Source: a virus. Taken from it: a stretch of DNA of 64,000 bases. The notes beneath the pieces were generated by a model. It saw nothing but the letters and a program-made list of their open reading frames with translations, searched no databases and had not been told where the DNA came from. The stretch lies in IMG/VR virus record IMGVR_UViG_3300043823_000198, positions 32,001 through 96,000 of that record; one strand, given 5' to 3'. Shown piece after piece: positions 37,687-48,004 of this stretch (within the stretch, counting starts at the first letter, position 1; every line of letters begins with the position of its first letter). The position numbers and the translations under genes are program-made.

Positions 37687-37937
37687 TGACAGACGTAGTA
37701 GCAACAGTAACACCAGTAAGTACAGTTACAGTTTCAGTATCTTCTGCAGATCTTATTACAGCACAATCAAATTTAGCATCACCTTCTGTTGTTGAGTCAA
37801 TATCAGATATCGCCAACGTAGACACAACAACAAATGGTGTTGAGCAGGGATCGGTTTTGGTGTACCAAACAGCAACAAACAAATGGACATCTTCCACTAT
37901 TCTGCAAGATCAGGATATGGAAGGTGGCGAATTTTAA
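37686..37937 (+). CDS. Small fibre-associated protein
   Basis: ISDIANVD..GSVLVY..KW repeat unit; ends MEGGEF. Confidence 0.7.
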   Translation: MTDVVATVTPVSTVTVSVSSADLITAQSNLASPSVVESISDIANVDTTTNGVEQGSVLVYQTATNKWTSSTILQDQDMEGGEF

Positions 37938-37951
37938 TCGGAGAATAAAAG

Positions 37952-40888
37952 ATGGCATCAACAATTAGAATTAAAAGATCATCGGTTAATGGTAACCCAA
38001 GTACCCTTGCCGCAGGTGAATTAGCGTATTCATCATATACTGGCTCAGGTGGTAATAGACTTTACGTTGGTACTGGAACAGAAACTGCAGGTAACGCAGC
38101 GAACCACGTTGTTATTGGCGGTCAATACTACACTGGTCTTATCGATGCATCCACTGCTGGCACATTAACAACAAACCAATCTTCAATTCCTGTTCTTTCT
38201 GCAACTGGTACGATTAATCAGTGGTTGGTTGGTAACTTAGGTCTTACTGGTAATACACTAAGCTCTACTAACACCAATGGTAATATTAATATTGCTCCAA
38301 ATGGATCTGGTGCAGTTCAAATTTCTGGTGCTTATACATTACCTACTACTGCTGGCACTAACGGATATGCTCTTATTACCAATGGTAGCTCTGCTGCTTC
38401 ATGGCAAGCAATTTCAACTATCCTTAACTTGGCTGCTGGTGGTGCCACTACAAGCTCTGTAAACCTTCTTAACCAGACACTAACAATTGCTGGTGGTAAC
38501 GGTATTACCACTTCTGTTTCTGGTCAAACTGTTACAATTTCTTCTATTGGTGCGGGTGGTTACACTTCTACTGCAACTGGTGGAACTACAACTACTTTAA
38601 CATCAAGTTCTTCAGCTAATCAATTCTTTGTTGGTACAACTACTCAGACTGTTAAGTTACCTGATTGTACAACTCTTACAATTGGTCAAGAGTATATCAT
38701 CACTAACAATAGTACTGGTGCTCTAACAATTCAAACATCTGCAGGTGGTGCTCTTGCCACAATTAACGCTGGCACTCAAGTAACATTCACTGTTGCTTCT
38801 ACTTCAACTCAGACTTGGGTCCAAGAAATTACTGGTTTCAATAGTTCAACTGGTACTGGTGCTGCTGTATTTGCTTCTAACGCATCATTAACTGGCACTT
38901 CAATTACTAATGCCAGCTTAACAACTCCAACTATTGGTTCTGCTGGCGCATCATTCTCTGGTTCTACATCTGGAACTACAACTCTTGTTGCTTCAGCCAC
39001 TGCTTCTGGTACTCTAACATTACCAGCTGCAACTGATCAGTTGATTGGTCGCGCAACAACTGACACATTAACTAACAAGACATTTGATACTGCTGGAACT
39101 GGTAACGTATTAAAGATTAACGGAAACCAAGTATCTTCTTACACTGGTTCTGGCGCCAATGTTATGTTGTCATCCCAGCCATCTGTTACTGGTGGTATTA
39201 ACTTTAGTGGATCTGGTTCTGGTCAGACTACTGTTTCTGCATCAGCTACTGCTTCTGGTACTCTAACATTACCAGCTGCAACTGATACTTTAGTTGGTCG
39301 TGCCACTACTGACACGCTAACCAATAAAACGATTAATCTTACTAGTAACACTCTAGTTGCCACATCAGCTCAACTTAGATCAGCAGTTAGCGATGAAACA
39401 GGTACTGGTTCATTAGTATTCGCCAACACTCCAACTCTTGTAACTCCAGTTCTTGGTGCAGCAACTGCCACTAGCGTTGTCGCTTCTGCTGGTTTAGTTT
39501 CTACTGGCGCATTTGGTGGTACGTTCTCTGGTGGTATCGTTCTTGATTATTCTGGAAGTACTGGTCGTATTTCTGTTGGTTCAGGTAGCGGTATTGCGTT
39601 ATACAACAATACTGATACTACTCGACAGGCTATATTTGCTGTTGGTTCCACTGGCGCAGTTACGCTTCTAGGTGGTTCAATCACTGGTACTACAGCAGTT
39701 ACAATTAACGCTGGTGGCACAAACTCAAATATCAATTTTGTTCCAACAGGAACTGGAACTGTTGACGTTGGTAGCGCAAGAATTACTTCAGTTGCAACAC
39801 CAGTAAATGCAACTGATGCTGCTAATAAAGCGTATGTTGATGGTCTCAAATCTGGTCTAGATGTTAAGTACCCAGTTCGTTTAGCGACTACTGGTTCTAA
39901 TCTTACAGTAACTGCCTCTGGTTCTGGTGCAGGTAAAACACTTACTAACTCTGGCACTCAAGCAGCCTTTACTCTTGACTCTGTTCCAGCTAATGTTGGC
40001 GACCGTATCCTTGTTAAAGATCAGTCAACTGCCAAAGATAATGGTATCTATACTGTTACTAACATTGGTTCTTCTTCTACAAACTGGGTTCTTACTCGCG
40101 CAACAGATGCTGATGGTTCATCTACCACTGCCACTGTTACTCCAGGTATGTTCTGTTTCGTTACAGAAGGTACTCTGAACGCCAACTCTGGTTATGTTCT
40201 AGCAGAATTCTCTGCTGACGTTGCCACTATCACTGTTGACACTAACCCACAAAACTGGATGCAGTTCTCTGGTGCTGGTGAAATTAACGCTGGTTCTGGT
40301 TTATCTAAGTCTGGTAACACTCTAAGTGCAGTTGTTGATAACTCAACTCTTGCTATCGTAAGCAATCAGTTACAAATTAACTCATCTTACGTTGGTCAAT
40401 CTTCTATCACTACTCTTGGTACTATTACTACTGGCACTTGGCATGGTGGTGTAATTGGCGCAACTTATGGTGGTACTGGTGTTAATAATGGTTCTAATAC
40501 TATTACTCTTGGTGGTAATATTTCTACTGCTGGTTCATTAACTACTACTGGCGCATATTCTCTAGGTCTAACAGTTACTGGCGCAACTAGCGTAACATTA
40601 CCAACTTCTGGTACTCTTGCTACTCTAGCCAACAGCGAAACATTAACTAACAAGACACTTGGTTCTGGTTCTACTTGGAATGGTAACACTGTTGCTGTTG
40701 GTTATGGTGGTACTGGCACTACTTCTTTCACTGCAAATGGTATCGTTTTTGGTAACGGTACTGGTGCTCTTCAGGTTACTGCCGCTGCATCTGGTGGAAC
40801 TGGTAGTGATTACAGCTATCAAATTTTGACAGTGAATGCTTCTGGTGTTCCGCAGTGGTCAAGCTCAATTGACGGTGGCACGTACTAA
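37952..40888 (+). CDS. Tail fibre protein
   Basis: N-terminal IRIKRS..GELAYS; TLTNKT repeats; DAANKAYVD; GDRILVKDQ..NGIY; ends IDGGTY. Confidence 0.85.
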   Translation: MASTIRIKRSSVNGNPSTLAAGELAYSSYTGSGGNRLYVGTGTETAGNAANHVVIGGQYYTGLIDASTAGTLTTNQSSIPVLSATGTINQWLVGNLGLTGNTLSSTNTNGNINIAPNGSGAVQISGAYTLPTTAGTNGYALITNGSSAASWQAISTILNLAAGGATTSSVNLLNQTLTIAGGNGITTSVSGQTVTISSIGAGGYTSTATGGTTTTLTSSSSANQFFVGTTTQTVKLPDCTTLTIGQEYIITNNSTGALTIQTSAGGALATINAGTQVTFTVASTSTQTWVQEITGFNSSTGTGAAVFASNASLTGTSITNASLTTPTIGSAGASFSGSTSGTTTLVASATASGTLTLPAATDQLIGRATTDTLTNKTFDTAGTGNVLKINGNQVSSYTGSGANVMLSSQPSVTGGINFSGSGSGQTTVSASATASGTLTLPAATDTLVGRATTDTLTNKTINLTSNTLVATSAQLRSAVSDETGTGSLVFANTPTLVTPVLGAATATSVVASAGLVSTGAFGGTFSGGIVLDYSGSTGRISVGSGSGIALYNNTDTTRQAIFAVGSTGAVTLLGGSITGTTAVTINAGGTNSNINFVPTGTGTVDVGSARITSVATPVNATDAANKAYVDGLKSGLDVKYPVRLATTGSNLTVTASGSGAGKTLTNSGTQAAFTLDSVPANVGDRILVKDQSTAKDNGIYTVTNIGSSSTNWVLTRATDADGSSTTATVTPGMFCFVTEGTLNANSGYVLAEFSADVATITVDTNPQNWMQFSGAGEINAGSGLSKSGNTLSAVVDNSTLAIVSNQLQINSSYVGQSSITTLGTITTGTWHGGVIGATYGGTGVNNGSNTITLGGNISTAGSLTTTGAYSLGLTVTGATSVTLPTSGTLATLANSETLTNKTLGSGSTWNGNTVAVGYGGTGTTSFTANGIVFGNGTGALQVTAAASGGTGSDYSYQILTVNASGVPQWSSSIDGGTY
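38999..39286 (+). repeat. Perfect 39-nt direct repeat (38999-39037 and 39248-39286)
   Basis: ACTGCTTCTGGTACTCTAACATTACCAGCTGCAACTGAT twice, 249 nt (83 codons) apart. Confidence 0.9.
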
Positions 40889-40934
40889 TAAATAAAACAG
40901 GTGGGTGTAAGCCCCACCCTCAGTATATACTGAG
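40888..40934 (+). promoter_or_regulatory. Late promoter-like motif, hairpin and 16-bp perfect palindrome
   Basis: ATAAATA 40888-94; GGTGGG/CCCACC stem 40900-18; CTCAGTATATACTGAG 40919-34. Confidence 0.65.
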
Positions 40935-40962
40935 TAATGATTTTCTAAATAGAAGGTAGATA

Positions 40963-43536
40963 ATGGCAACGCCACTATTATTAAAACGATCATCCGTTCA
41001 AGGAAAAGTCCCAGCAACAACTTCGCTTCAGTTGGGTGAACTTGCACTTAACACGTATGATGGTAATATTTTCTTTAAGAAATCTCCAAATGGAACAGAC
41101 TCTTTAATTACTGTTTCAACAAACAATAATCTACTTTCTTACATTGTTGTAACATCAAATACAACAGCAGTCGCCAGACAATCCTATATTGCGAATACAT
41201 CTGCAGGTAATTTTACAATTACATTGCCAGCTACACCCAACTCTGGTGATTGGGTAGTTGTTGCTGATGGTGCAAATTTTAGCACAACTCCAGTAACAAT
41301 CGGAGCGAATGGTCAATCTATTGACGGTATCTCTCAAAACTTAAATCTAGACATCGCTGGTGTTTCAGTTACATTGACTTTCAACGGAACAACTTGGTTA
41401 GTATATACTCAGGTTGGCGCCAACGGTGGAGTTGCTAGTGGAGGTGGTTCTGGATCAACATCTTGGACAAGCATAACAGGTAAACCTACATTCGCAACTG
41501 TTGCCACTAGCGGTAGTTATACTGATTTAATAAATCAACCAACTCTGGCACCTTCAGCTACTACTGATACAACAAATGCTTCTAATATTACAAGCGGAAC
41601 ATTGCCAAACGCTCGTCTGAGTTCAGTTCCTAATTCTGCTCTTGCTAATAGTTCTGTTACTATTGGCACAACTACTATCGCATTAGGCGCTTCCAGCACT
41701 ACTCTTACTGGTTTAACATCAGTAACTTCTACATCTTTCGTTGGCGCTTTAACTGGTAATGCGTCAACAGTAACTAATGGTGTTTATACTACTGATACTG
41801 GCACAGTAACCAACACTATGCTTGCTGGTTCAATCGCTAATGCTAAATTAGCAAACAGCACAATTTCTGGTGTTTCTCTTGGTTCAAACTTAAATACATT
41901 GACGTTTGGAACTGGGTTAACAGGAACATCGTATAATGGATCAAGTGCAGTTACTATTGCTCTTGACACAACTGCAGTTAAAAACCTATTCAGCGTTACA
42001 TCTAACTCTGCTGGCACAGAGGCTCTATCATATAGTGGTGGTGTGTTTACATTCACCCCATACGCATTACCAACAGCAACAACATCAACACTTGGTGGTG
42101 TAACTGTTGATGGATCTACTATTACTATCTCTGGAAGCACAATTAGTGCAACATCTTTCCAACCTAATGGTGTATATAATATTACATCATCGGGTGGAAC
42201 AACAACGCTTACTGCTTCCACTGCAACTAACGTAACAGTTACTGGTTCTGCAACGCAAACTATTAAGATGCCAGATGCAACTACGCTAAAGGCTGGTTGG
42301 ATATTCCGTATTAACAATAACACATCATCTGCATCAAGTTTAAATCTACAAGATAGCACTGGGGCTCAAATTGGAACAGTACCTCAGGGTGGTGATTCTC
42401 AGGTAATTCTGTTAACCAATTCCACTGCCGCTGGAACATGGGACGTGCATGGTTGGATTCCGTCCAACATATTAATGGGCTCAAGTATACTACAACTTGG
42501 ATCAAGTAGTTATAGTATCGGTCCATATAATTCATCATTAACCATTGGCTCGGCAAGTTCAGTATCAACAACATATAACTTTGGTACTGGGGCTACTACT
42601 AGCGGAAACACTAAAGCGATTAACATCGGCACAGCTGGTGTTAGTGGCTCAACTACTACAATTACATTGGGCAGCAACGTAAGTGGCGCTACTTCTTCTA
42701 CGGTTGTTAACGGATCGCTTTCCGTAACAACAAGCGGATCAACTGGTTCAATAACAGTTACTGATACTGGAACAAACGGTGGCAATATTGCATTAGTTGG
42801 CAACGGTTCAACTACTCCCAACAAATATCTTCGTTCTTACAATGGTAGCTTTGGAATTGTTAACAGTGGATATACAGCAAGCATAATTAACATTTCTGAT
42901 GCTGGTATGATTTCAACAGGTGGTGCATCCACCGCAAGTAATAATATACCAACTGGTAATGCGATTTCGTTGAATAGTAATGGTTACATCAGTGATGACG
43001 GTAACCTTCACATTACAAGTAGTAGTGGTTCTATTTGGATTAATCCAGTGGATAGTTCCGCAGTTCGCATTGGAACACAATACAATAGCGGATCTGGCGC
43101 AGGTTTAGTTGTTCAGGGTGGTATCACATCTAATACAACAGATCCATCGCAGGGAACTTACTTTACCAAAGTTCAAACCAATTGGAACGTTAATCAACCA
43201 TCACTGGCTATGGATAACTTAAACGTGAGGTTGAATAATAGTAGTGGGAATAACTTATTGATACAGGCCAGTGCAGTCAGTGGATCATTTACTGCTTATA
43301 TAACTACTTTTGAAAGCTGTGCAGGAAATCCACTTACTAGCCAAACCAACTCTGGTGGTATTACATTTACAGCAGGAACTTGGACCAGCATCAATGCCGT
43401 TCACACATTAAGTTCTGGTGGTGATGTTATCTTTTTCTTTCTTTCTGATACTACATCTGGTAAAATATATCGTGTTACTTGTTTACACACCAATGGCGCA
43501 ACCAATGGATCTATCTTTATTGAGCGTATGGTGTAA
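40963..43536 (+). CDS. Tail fibre protein
   Basis: LLLKRSS..GELALNTYDG; TITLPATP..GD.V; WTSITGKPTFATVATSGSYTDL; Thr/Ser/Gly rich. Confidence 0.85.
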   Translation: MATPLLLKRSSVQGKVPATTSLQLGELALNTYDGNIFFKKSPNGTDSLITVSTNNNLLSYIVVTSNTTAVARQSYIANTSAGNFTITLPATPNSGDWVVVADGANFSTTPVTIGANGQSIDGISQNLNLDIAGVSVTLTFNGTTWLVYTQVGANGGVASGGGSGSTSWTSITGKPTFATVATSGSYTDLINQPTLAPSATTDTTNASNITSGTLPNARLSSVPNSALANSSVTIGTTTIALGASSTTLTGLTSVTSTSFVGALTGNASTVTNGVYTTDTGTVTNTMLAGSIANAKLANSTISGVSLGSNLNTLTFGTGLTGTSYNGSSAVTIALDTTAVKNLFSVTSNSAGTEALSYSGGVFTFTPYALPTATTSTLGGVTVDGSTITISGSTISATSFQPNGVYNITSSGGTTTLTASTATNVTVTGSATQTIKMPDATTLKAGWIFRINNNTSSASSLNLQDSTGAQIGTVPQGGDSQVILLTNSTAAGTWDVHGWIPSNILMGSSILQLGSSSYSIGPYNSSLTIGSASSVSTTYNFGTGATTSGNTKAINIGTAGVSGSTTTITLGSNVSGATSSTVVNGSLSVTTSGSTGSITVTDTGTNGGNIALVGNGSTTPNKYLRSYNGSFGIVNSGYTASIINISDAGMISTGGASTASNNIPTGNAISLNSNGYISDDGNLHITSSSGSIWINPVDSSAVRIGTQYNSGSGAGLVVQGGITSNTTDPSQGTYFTKVQTNWNVNQPSLAMDNLNVRLNNSSGNNLLIQASAVSGSFTAYITTFESCAGNPLTSQTNSGGITFTAGTWTSINAVHTLSSGGDVIFFFLSDTTSGKIYRVTCLHTNGATNGSIFIERMV

Positions 43537-43538
43537 TA

Positions 43539-44129
43539 ATGTCTAATACTCTATTATCCAACATTGTTGCTCCTAGTTCTATTGTTCAACTAACAGCAGC
43601 ACAAACTCTTACAAATAAAACTCTTACCAGCCCTACGATTAACAGTGGTACTGAAAATAATTTAACTCTCACTGGAAGTCTTACTGCTGGTGGTAGCACT
43701 GGAACCGCTGGGCAATTTTTACAAACAACAGGAACTGGCACCACTTGGGGATACCCAACGACATTCGGTTCTGGTACAAGTACTTTACAATTTGGAACAG
43801 ACAGTAGCGGTAATCCAACTCTAGTATTTACTCTTGCTAATAGTGTAATTGCCACAATGACAGTTAATGGTCTGACGATGTCTCAGCCTATTAACATGAG
43901 TAACAATACAATTTCTGCTCTTGGCAATCCAGTTCTTTCAACTGATGCAGCCACTAAGGGATATGCCGATGGCGCTGCCACGGCAAGCCAATATCCTAGT
44001 GGGGATTATGGTGGGTTCTCTGCTACAACAGAAGATGCTTTTGGTGTAAGTTTGACACCGATTATTCAATACGATAACATGTCGCCATCTGGGACTCTAC
44101 TTGCAGTAGATTTTGGCGTATTAACATAA
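43539..44129 (+). CDS. Short fibre/adaptor protein
   Basis: QTLTNKTL, GTAGQFL, DAATKGYAD; C-terminal GDYG..DAFGV..DFG. Confidence 0.75.
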   Translation: MSNTLLSNIVAPSSIVQLTAAQTLTNKTLTSPTINSGTENNLTLTGSLTAGGSTGTAGQFLQTTGTGTTWGYPTTFGSGTSTLQFGTDSSGNPTLVFTLANSVIATMTVNGLTMSQPINMSNNTISALGNPVLSTDAATKGYADGAATASQYPSGDYGGFSATTEDAFGVSLTPIIQYDNMSPSGTLLAVDFGVLT

Positions 44130-44141
44130 TAAGGAATAGAA

Positions 44142-46895
44142 ATGCCAACACAAGTACAGTTACGAAGAGGTACGGCTTCTCAAAATAATGCGTTTACTGG
44201 CGCACAGGGTGAACAAACAGTAGATACAGATAATTATATCATTCGTCTACACGACGGTAGTACTCCTGGTGGTCATCAGGTTGCGATGGCAACAGCGACA
44301 CAAACCCTTACCAATAAGACGCTAACAACACCAACTGTTACATCTCCAGTAGTTTCTGGTGGTACAATTGATAATGCTGTTATTGGTGGAACAACACCAG
44401 CAGCTGGTACATTCACAACAATTACATCTACTGGACTTACAACTGTTAACTCGTTGTTGGTTCAAAACCAAATTCAAATCGGTGCGACTCAAATTACTGG
44501 TTCGTTGATTCTTTCTCCAAATTATATGTTGTCAGGTGGATCATCCACTGTAACGTCACCAACCACACAGAACGTAGGATGGAACTACGCATGGGGTTAT
44601 AATATTACAAATTATGTATATGAATTTACTGGTAATGGTTCAACTACTGTAACTGTAACATTAACTGGTTCTGGTGTAACAAATTCCTCTCTTGGTATCA
44701 CTGTTGGACAAATTATTAACTTCACTGGAACTGGTGTAACTAATTTAGATGGTACTTGGACAGTTAATAATGCAACTGCAGGAGCCACATCCTTTGCTGT
44801 AACAACCAACTCTGCTGTTGCTCCTGGTGTATATGTGCAACCTGTTAATTTGGTGGCAACTCTTAGTAAGAAGGGTTGGTTTGGTGTTGGGTCTGATAGA
44901 ATTTTCTCAGTAATACCAGATGCTTCTGGCTTCACAAATCAAATTTTAAGTGGACAATTAGGCGACGCTCGTTTCGGTAATTTAGCATTAAATGGAAGTT
45001 ACAGTGGACCAGTTACACTATCAACGACAGCAACTACTGCTAACGTATTTAATACTGGAGCAACAACAGTAAATGCATTCGGTGCTGCCACTGTATTATC
45101 TCTTGGCGCAACTACTGGTACAACAACAATAAACAACCCAACTGTTCTTGGTTCACAAACTACTCAGAACCTTTGGAATACTGTTGCGACTACTATTAAC
45201 TTTGCTGGTGCTGCAACTACTCTTTCTGTTGGTGCTTCTACTGGTACAACTACCGTTAATAATAACTTATCAGTATCTGGAACTTCTTCTCATACTGGTA
45301 ATGCAACGTTCAGTGGAACACTTGGTGTTACTGGTGCGACTACTCTAAGTTCTACTTTAGGTGTTACTGGTCAAACAACTTTATCAAGTAACCTAGCAGT
45401 AAATGGTGGCAGTATTACTACCACAGCAACTACTGCGAATTTGATTAACAGTACAGCAACTACTCTTAACATTGGTGGCGCTGCGACTTCCATCAATATG
45501 GGCGCATCTACTGGTACAACTACTGTTAATAATGCGCTGTATACACTTAGCACATTATATGTCGGTTCTGGTTCTACAACAACAGCATTAACAAGCCCAA
45601 TTAGTATTTTCCGTGGTACAAGTTCAACTGGTGCTGGTAATCAGTATACACAATCTGCTCTATTGAACGGAACATCAACTGGTTCTACTGACTTTATTGC
45701 TTATGGCGATAACTATCCAGGTCCAAGTAACGACCATGGCTGGGTTGATGTGGGTTATACTGGTTCAGCGTTCAATGACCCAGACTTTACAATTACAGGT
45801 AAGAACGATGGTTATTTGTTTGCTGGTGCGGTGTCTGGCGCTTCTGGCGCAACAGGTAACTTAGTTCTAGCAACAGACTCTACTGGTAGTACTGCCGATA
45901 TCGTATTGGCCACTGGTGGTTTCTTATCGTCGAACGAAAAACTACGTTTAGTAAACTCAACTGGTGAACTTAAATTCAAGACACCAACATTAACATCTTC
46001 TGGCGCAACTACTGCAAACGTATTCAATGCAGTTGTTACGACTCTAAACATTGGTGGCGCTGCCACTACTATTGGTATCGGTGCTTCTACTGGTACAACT
46101 ACTGTTAACAATAACTTAACTGTTACTGGTAACTTAACTGTTAACGGAACAACTACCACTGTTAACCAAACAACTACTAATACGTCGTTTGTTGCCACAC
46201 AAGGTCTTGAGATTTCTGGATCCTATACTGGTTCTTATTCTGATGGTCTATTGTTAGATTATTCATCAGGAAATGGTCGTATTACTGTTGGTGGTGGTGA
46301 TGGTCTAACAATCTATAACAATGGCGATACAACTCGTCAGGCTCTATTAACAATTGACCAATACGGTAATACTACTCAACTTGGTGGAACAATTGTTTCT
46401 GGCGCAACTACTGCAAACGTATTTAACACTACATCAACTACTGTTAATGCGTTCGGTGCGGCAACTACGTTAAATATTGGTGCTTCTACTGGTACAACTA
46501 CTGTTAACAATAACTTAACTCTTGGTTCCAACACTTTAACTGTATCAACAATTACTGATAGTATCCGTAAGAAACAAACATTTACGTTAACAACTTCTGG
46601 AACATCACCAATCTCTATGTATACTTGGTCGATTGGCGCATATCGTTCTGGCGAACTTTTAATGTCTGTAACTAACGGAACTGTTTATGAAATTCTACGA
46701 TTAATGATTGTTCATGATGGAACAAACGTATATCTATCACAGAACTATGATGCAACAAACCAAGTTCAATCTTCGCAATCTGCCTCTAACGTGGCATTTA
46801 CATCAAGCATTACTGGTGGCATATTGACTGTTTACGCAGCATGCGCCAGTGGCACTGCTACAATCAAGGGCGAAGCAACTATTTTCGCTATCTAA
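44142..46895 (+). CDS. Tail fibre with Mtd-N-like N-terminal domain
   Basis: QVQLRRGT..FTGAQGE.TVDTD..HDGSTPGG; five GAxTGTTT(V/I)NN repeats; C-terminal YRS..VHDGT domain. Confidence 0.85.
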   Translation: MPTQVQLRRGTASQNNAFTGAQGEQTVDTDNYIIRLHDGSTPGGHQVAMATATQTLTNKTLTTPTVTSPVVSGGTIDNAVIGGTTPAAGTFTTITSTGLTTVNSLLVQNQIQIGATQITGSLILSPNYMLSGGSSTVTSPTTQNVGWNYAWGYNITNYVYEFTGNGSTTVTVTLTGSGVTNSSLGITVGQIINFTGTGVTNLDGTWTVNNATAGATSFAVTTNSAVAPGVYVQPVNLVATLSKKGWFGVGSDRIFSVIPDASGFTNQILSGQLGDARFGNLALNGSYSGPVTLSTTATTANVFNTGATTVNAFGAATVLSLGATTGTTTINNPTVLGSQTTQNLWNTVATTINFAGAATTLSVGASTGTTTVNNNLSVSGTSSHTGNATFSGTLGVTGATTLSSTLGVTGQTTLSSNLAVNGGSITTTATTANLINSTATTLNIGGAATSINMGASTGTTTVNNALYTLSTLYVGSGSTTTALTSPISIFRGTSSTGAGNQYTQSALLNGTSTGSTDFIAYGDNYPGPSNDHGWVDVGYTGSAFNDPDFTITGKNDGYLFAGAVSGASGATGNLVLATDSTGSTADIVLATGGFLSSNEKLRLVNSTGELKFKTPTLTSSGATTANVFNAVVTTLNIGGAATTIGIGASTGTTTVNNNLTVTGNLTVNGTTTTVNQTTTNTSFVATQGLEISGSYTGSYSDGLLLDYSSGNGRITVGGGDGLTIYNNGDTTRQALLTIDQYGNTTQLGGTIVSGATTANVFNTTSTTVNAFGAATTLNIGASTGTTTVNNNLTLGSNTLTVSTITDSIRKKQTFTLTTSGTSPISMYTWSIGAYRSGELLMSVTNGTVYEILRLMIVHDGTNVYLSQNYDATNQVQSSQSASNVAFTSSITGGILTVYAACASGTATIKGEATIFAI
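46080..46520 (+). repeat. Perfect 42-nt direct repeat (46080-46121 and 46479-46520), with further imperfect copies near 45231 and 45501
   Basis: GGTGCTTCTACTGGTACAACTACTGTTAACAATAACTTAACT. Confidence 0.9.
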
Positions 46896-46905
46896 GGATA
46901 ATTAA

Positions 46906-48003
46906 ATGGCCATTCCAACAACTAGAGAAGAATTTAAGTGGTATTGTCTTAGAACTCTTGGCGCACCTGTCATTGAGATTAACGTTGATGACGATCAAAT
47001 TGAAGATCGTATCGACGAGGTTCTAGACTACTGGCAACTATATCACTATGATGGCATTGAGCAATTATACATTGCTCAGGCTATTAGCGCATCATCAATG
47101 TTTCTTACTACAAATAATGCGCAGAATTTTAATGATAACGATACTATTACAGGATTAACTTCTGGTGCGCAGTGTACAGTAACTCAAGAAACTGTTAGAA
47201 CATCAAACGGTAATCTACTTCTTGTCAAGAATTTTACCAGTACAGTTAATGCTCCAACAGAAAATATTTACTATTCAAACCAAACATTTGATCCAACAAA
47301 ACCAGGTGTTACTTACGGTAGTACCTTGGCTCCATTTGGCGGATTTCTTCCAGGCGAAACTATCACAAACGCAATTCCAGGTCCAGGAGGTTTAACTCCT
47401 GCGAATCCTGTTACTGCTACATTAAATGCAACTACTCCTGTCTCTTACGGTCAATATGATAATCGCTATATAACTTTACCAGATAACATTTATGGTATCA
47501 AGAAAGTTTATAGCATTGGTCAGGCATCTTCTTCTAAGAATATTTTCGACCTTCAGTATCAGTTACGTTTGAATGACTTATATGATTTAACATCTACATC
47601 TATTGTTTATTATAACACTGTTATGAATCATCTAGATCTATTAGATTTTGAGTTGAATGGTCATGATCTTTATCGTTTTAATAGATTACAGAATCGTTTA
47701 TACTTAGATGTTAATTGGGCAACAGATTTAACATTTGGTCAATATGTTTTGATTGAAGGATACGGTATTATGGATCCAAATAATTGGTCAAATATATGGA
47801 ACGAAAACTGGTTGAAGCGTTATGGTGTCGCTGTTTTCAAACGTCAATGGGCAACTAATATCAAAAAATTCTCTGGTATACAACTTCCGGGCGGTGTAAC
47901 TTTAGATGGTGATAAATTATATGCTGAGGCGATCTCTGAAATTAAAGAATTGCAAGACGAATTGCAGAACAAATCTGCTCCATTAGATTTTATGATGGGA
48001 TAA
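46906..48003 (+). CDS. gp13: Neck protein gp13 with inserted domain
   Basis: CLRTLGAPVIEINVDDDQIEDRIDE, QWATNIKKF.GIQLPGGVTLDG. Confidence 0.95.
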   Translation: MAIPTTREEFKWYCLRTLGAPVIEINVDDDQIEDRIDEVLDYWQLYHYDGIEQLYIAQAISASSMFLTTNNAQNFNDNDTITGLTSGAQCTVTQETVRTSNGNLLLVKNFTSTVNAPTENIYYSNQTFDPTKPGVTYGSTLAPFGGFLPGETITNAIPGPGGLTPANPVTATLNATTPVSYGQYDNRYITLPDNIYGIKKVYSIGQASSSKNIFDLQYQLRLNDLYDLTSTSIVYYNTVMNHLDLLDFELNGHDLYRFNRLQNRLYLDVNWATDLTFGQYVLIEGYGIMDPNNWSNIWNENWLKRYGVAVFKRQWATNIKKFSGIQLPGGVTLDGDKLYAEAISEIKELQDELQNKSAPLDFMMG

Positions 48004-48004
48004 T

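Noticed and set aside
40919-40934. LexA/SOS box
   Set aside because: Arms read CAG..CTG rather than CTGT-N8-ACAG
38809-46198. Many Val/Pro/Ala-rich minus-strand ORFs
   Set aside because: Mirror frames of Thr/Gly/Ser-rich fibre genes
44142-46895. Diversity-generating retroelement suggested by the Mtd-N-like fibre head
   Set aside because: No reverse transcriptase and no template/variable repeat pair with adenine-specific mismatches seen in the window; repeats are in-frame and intragenic
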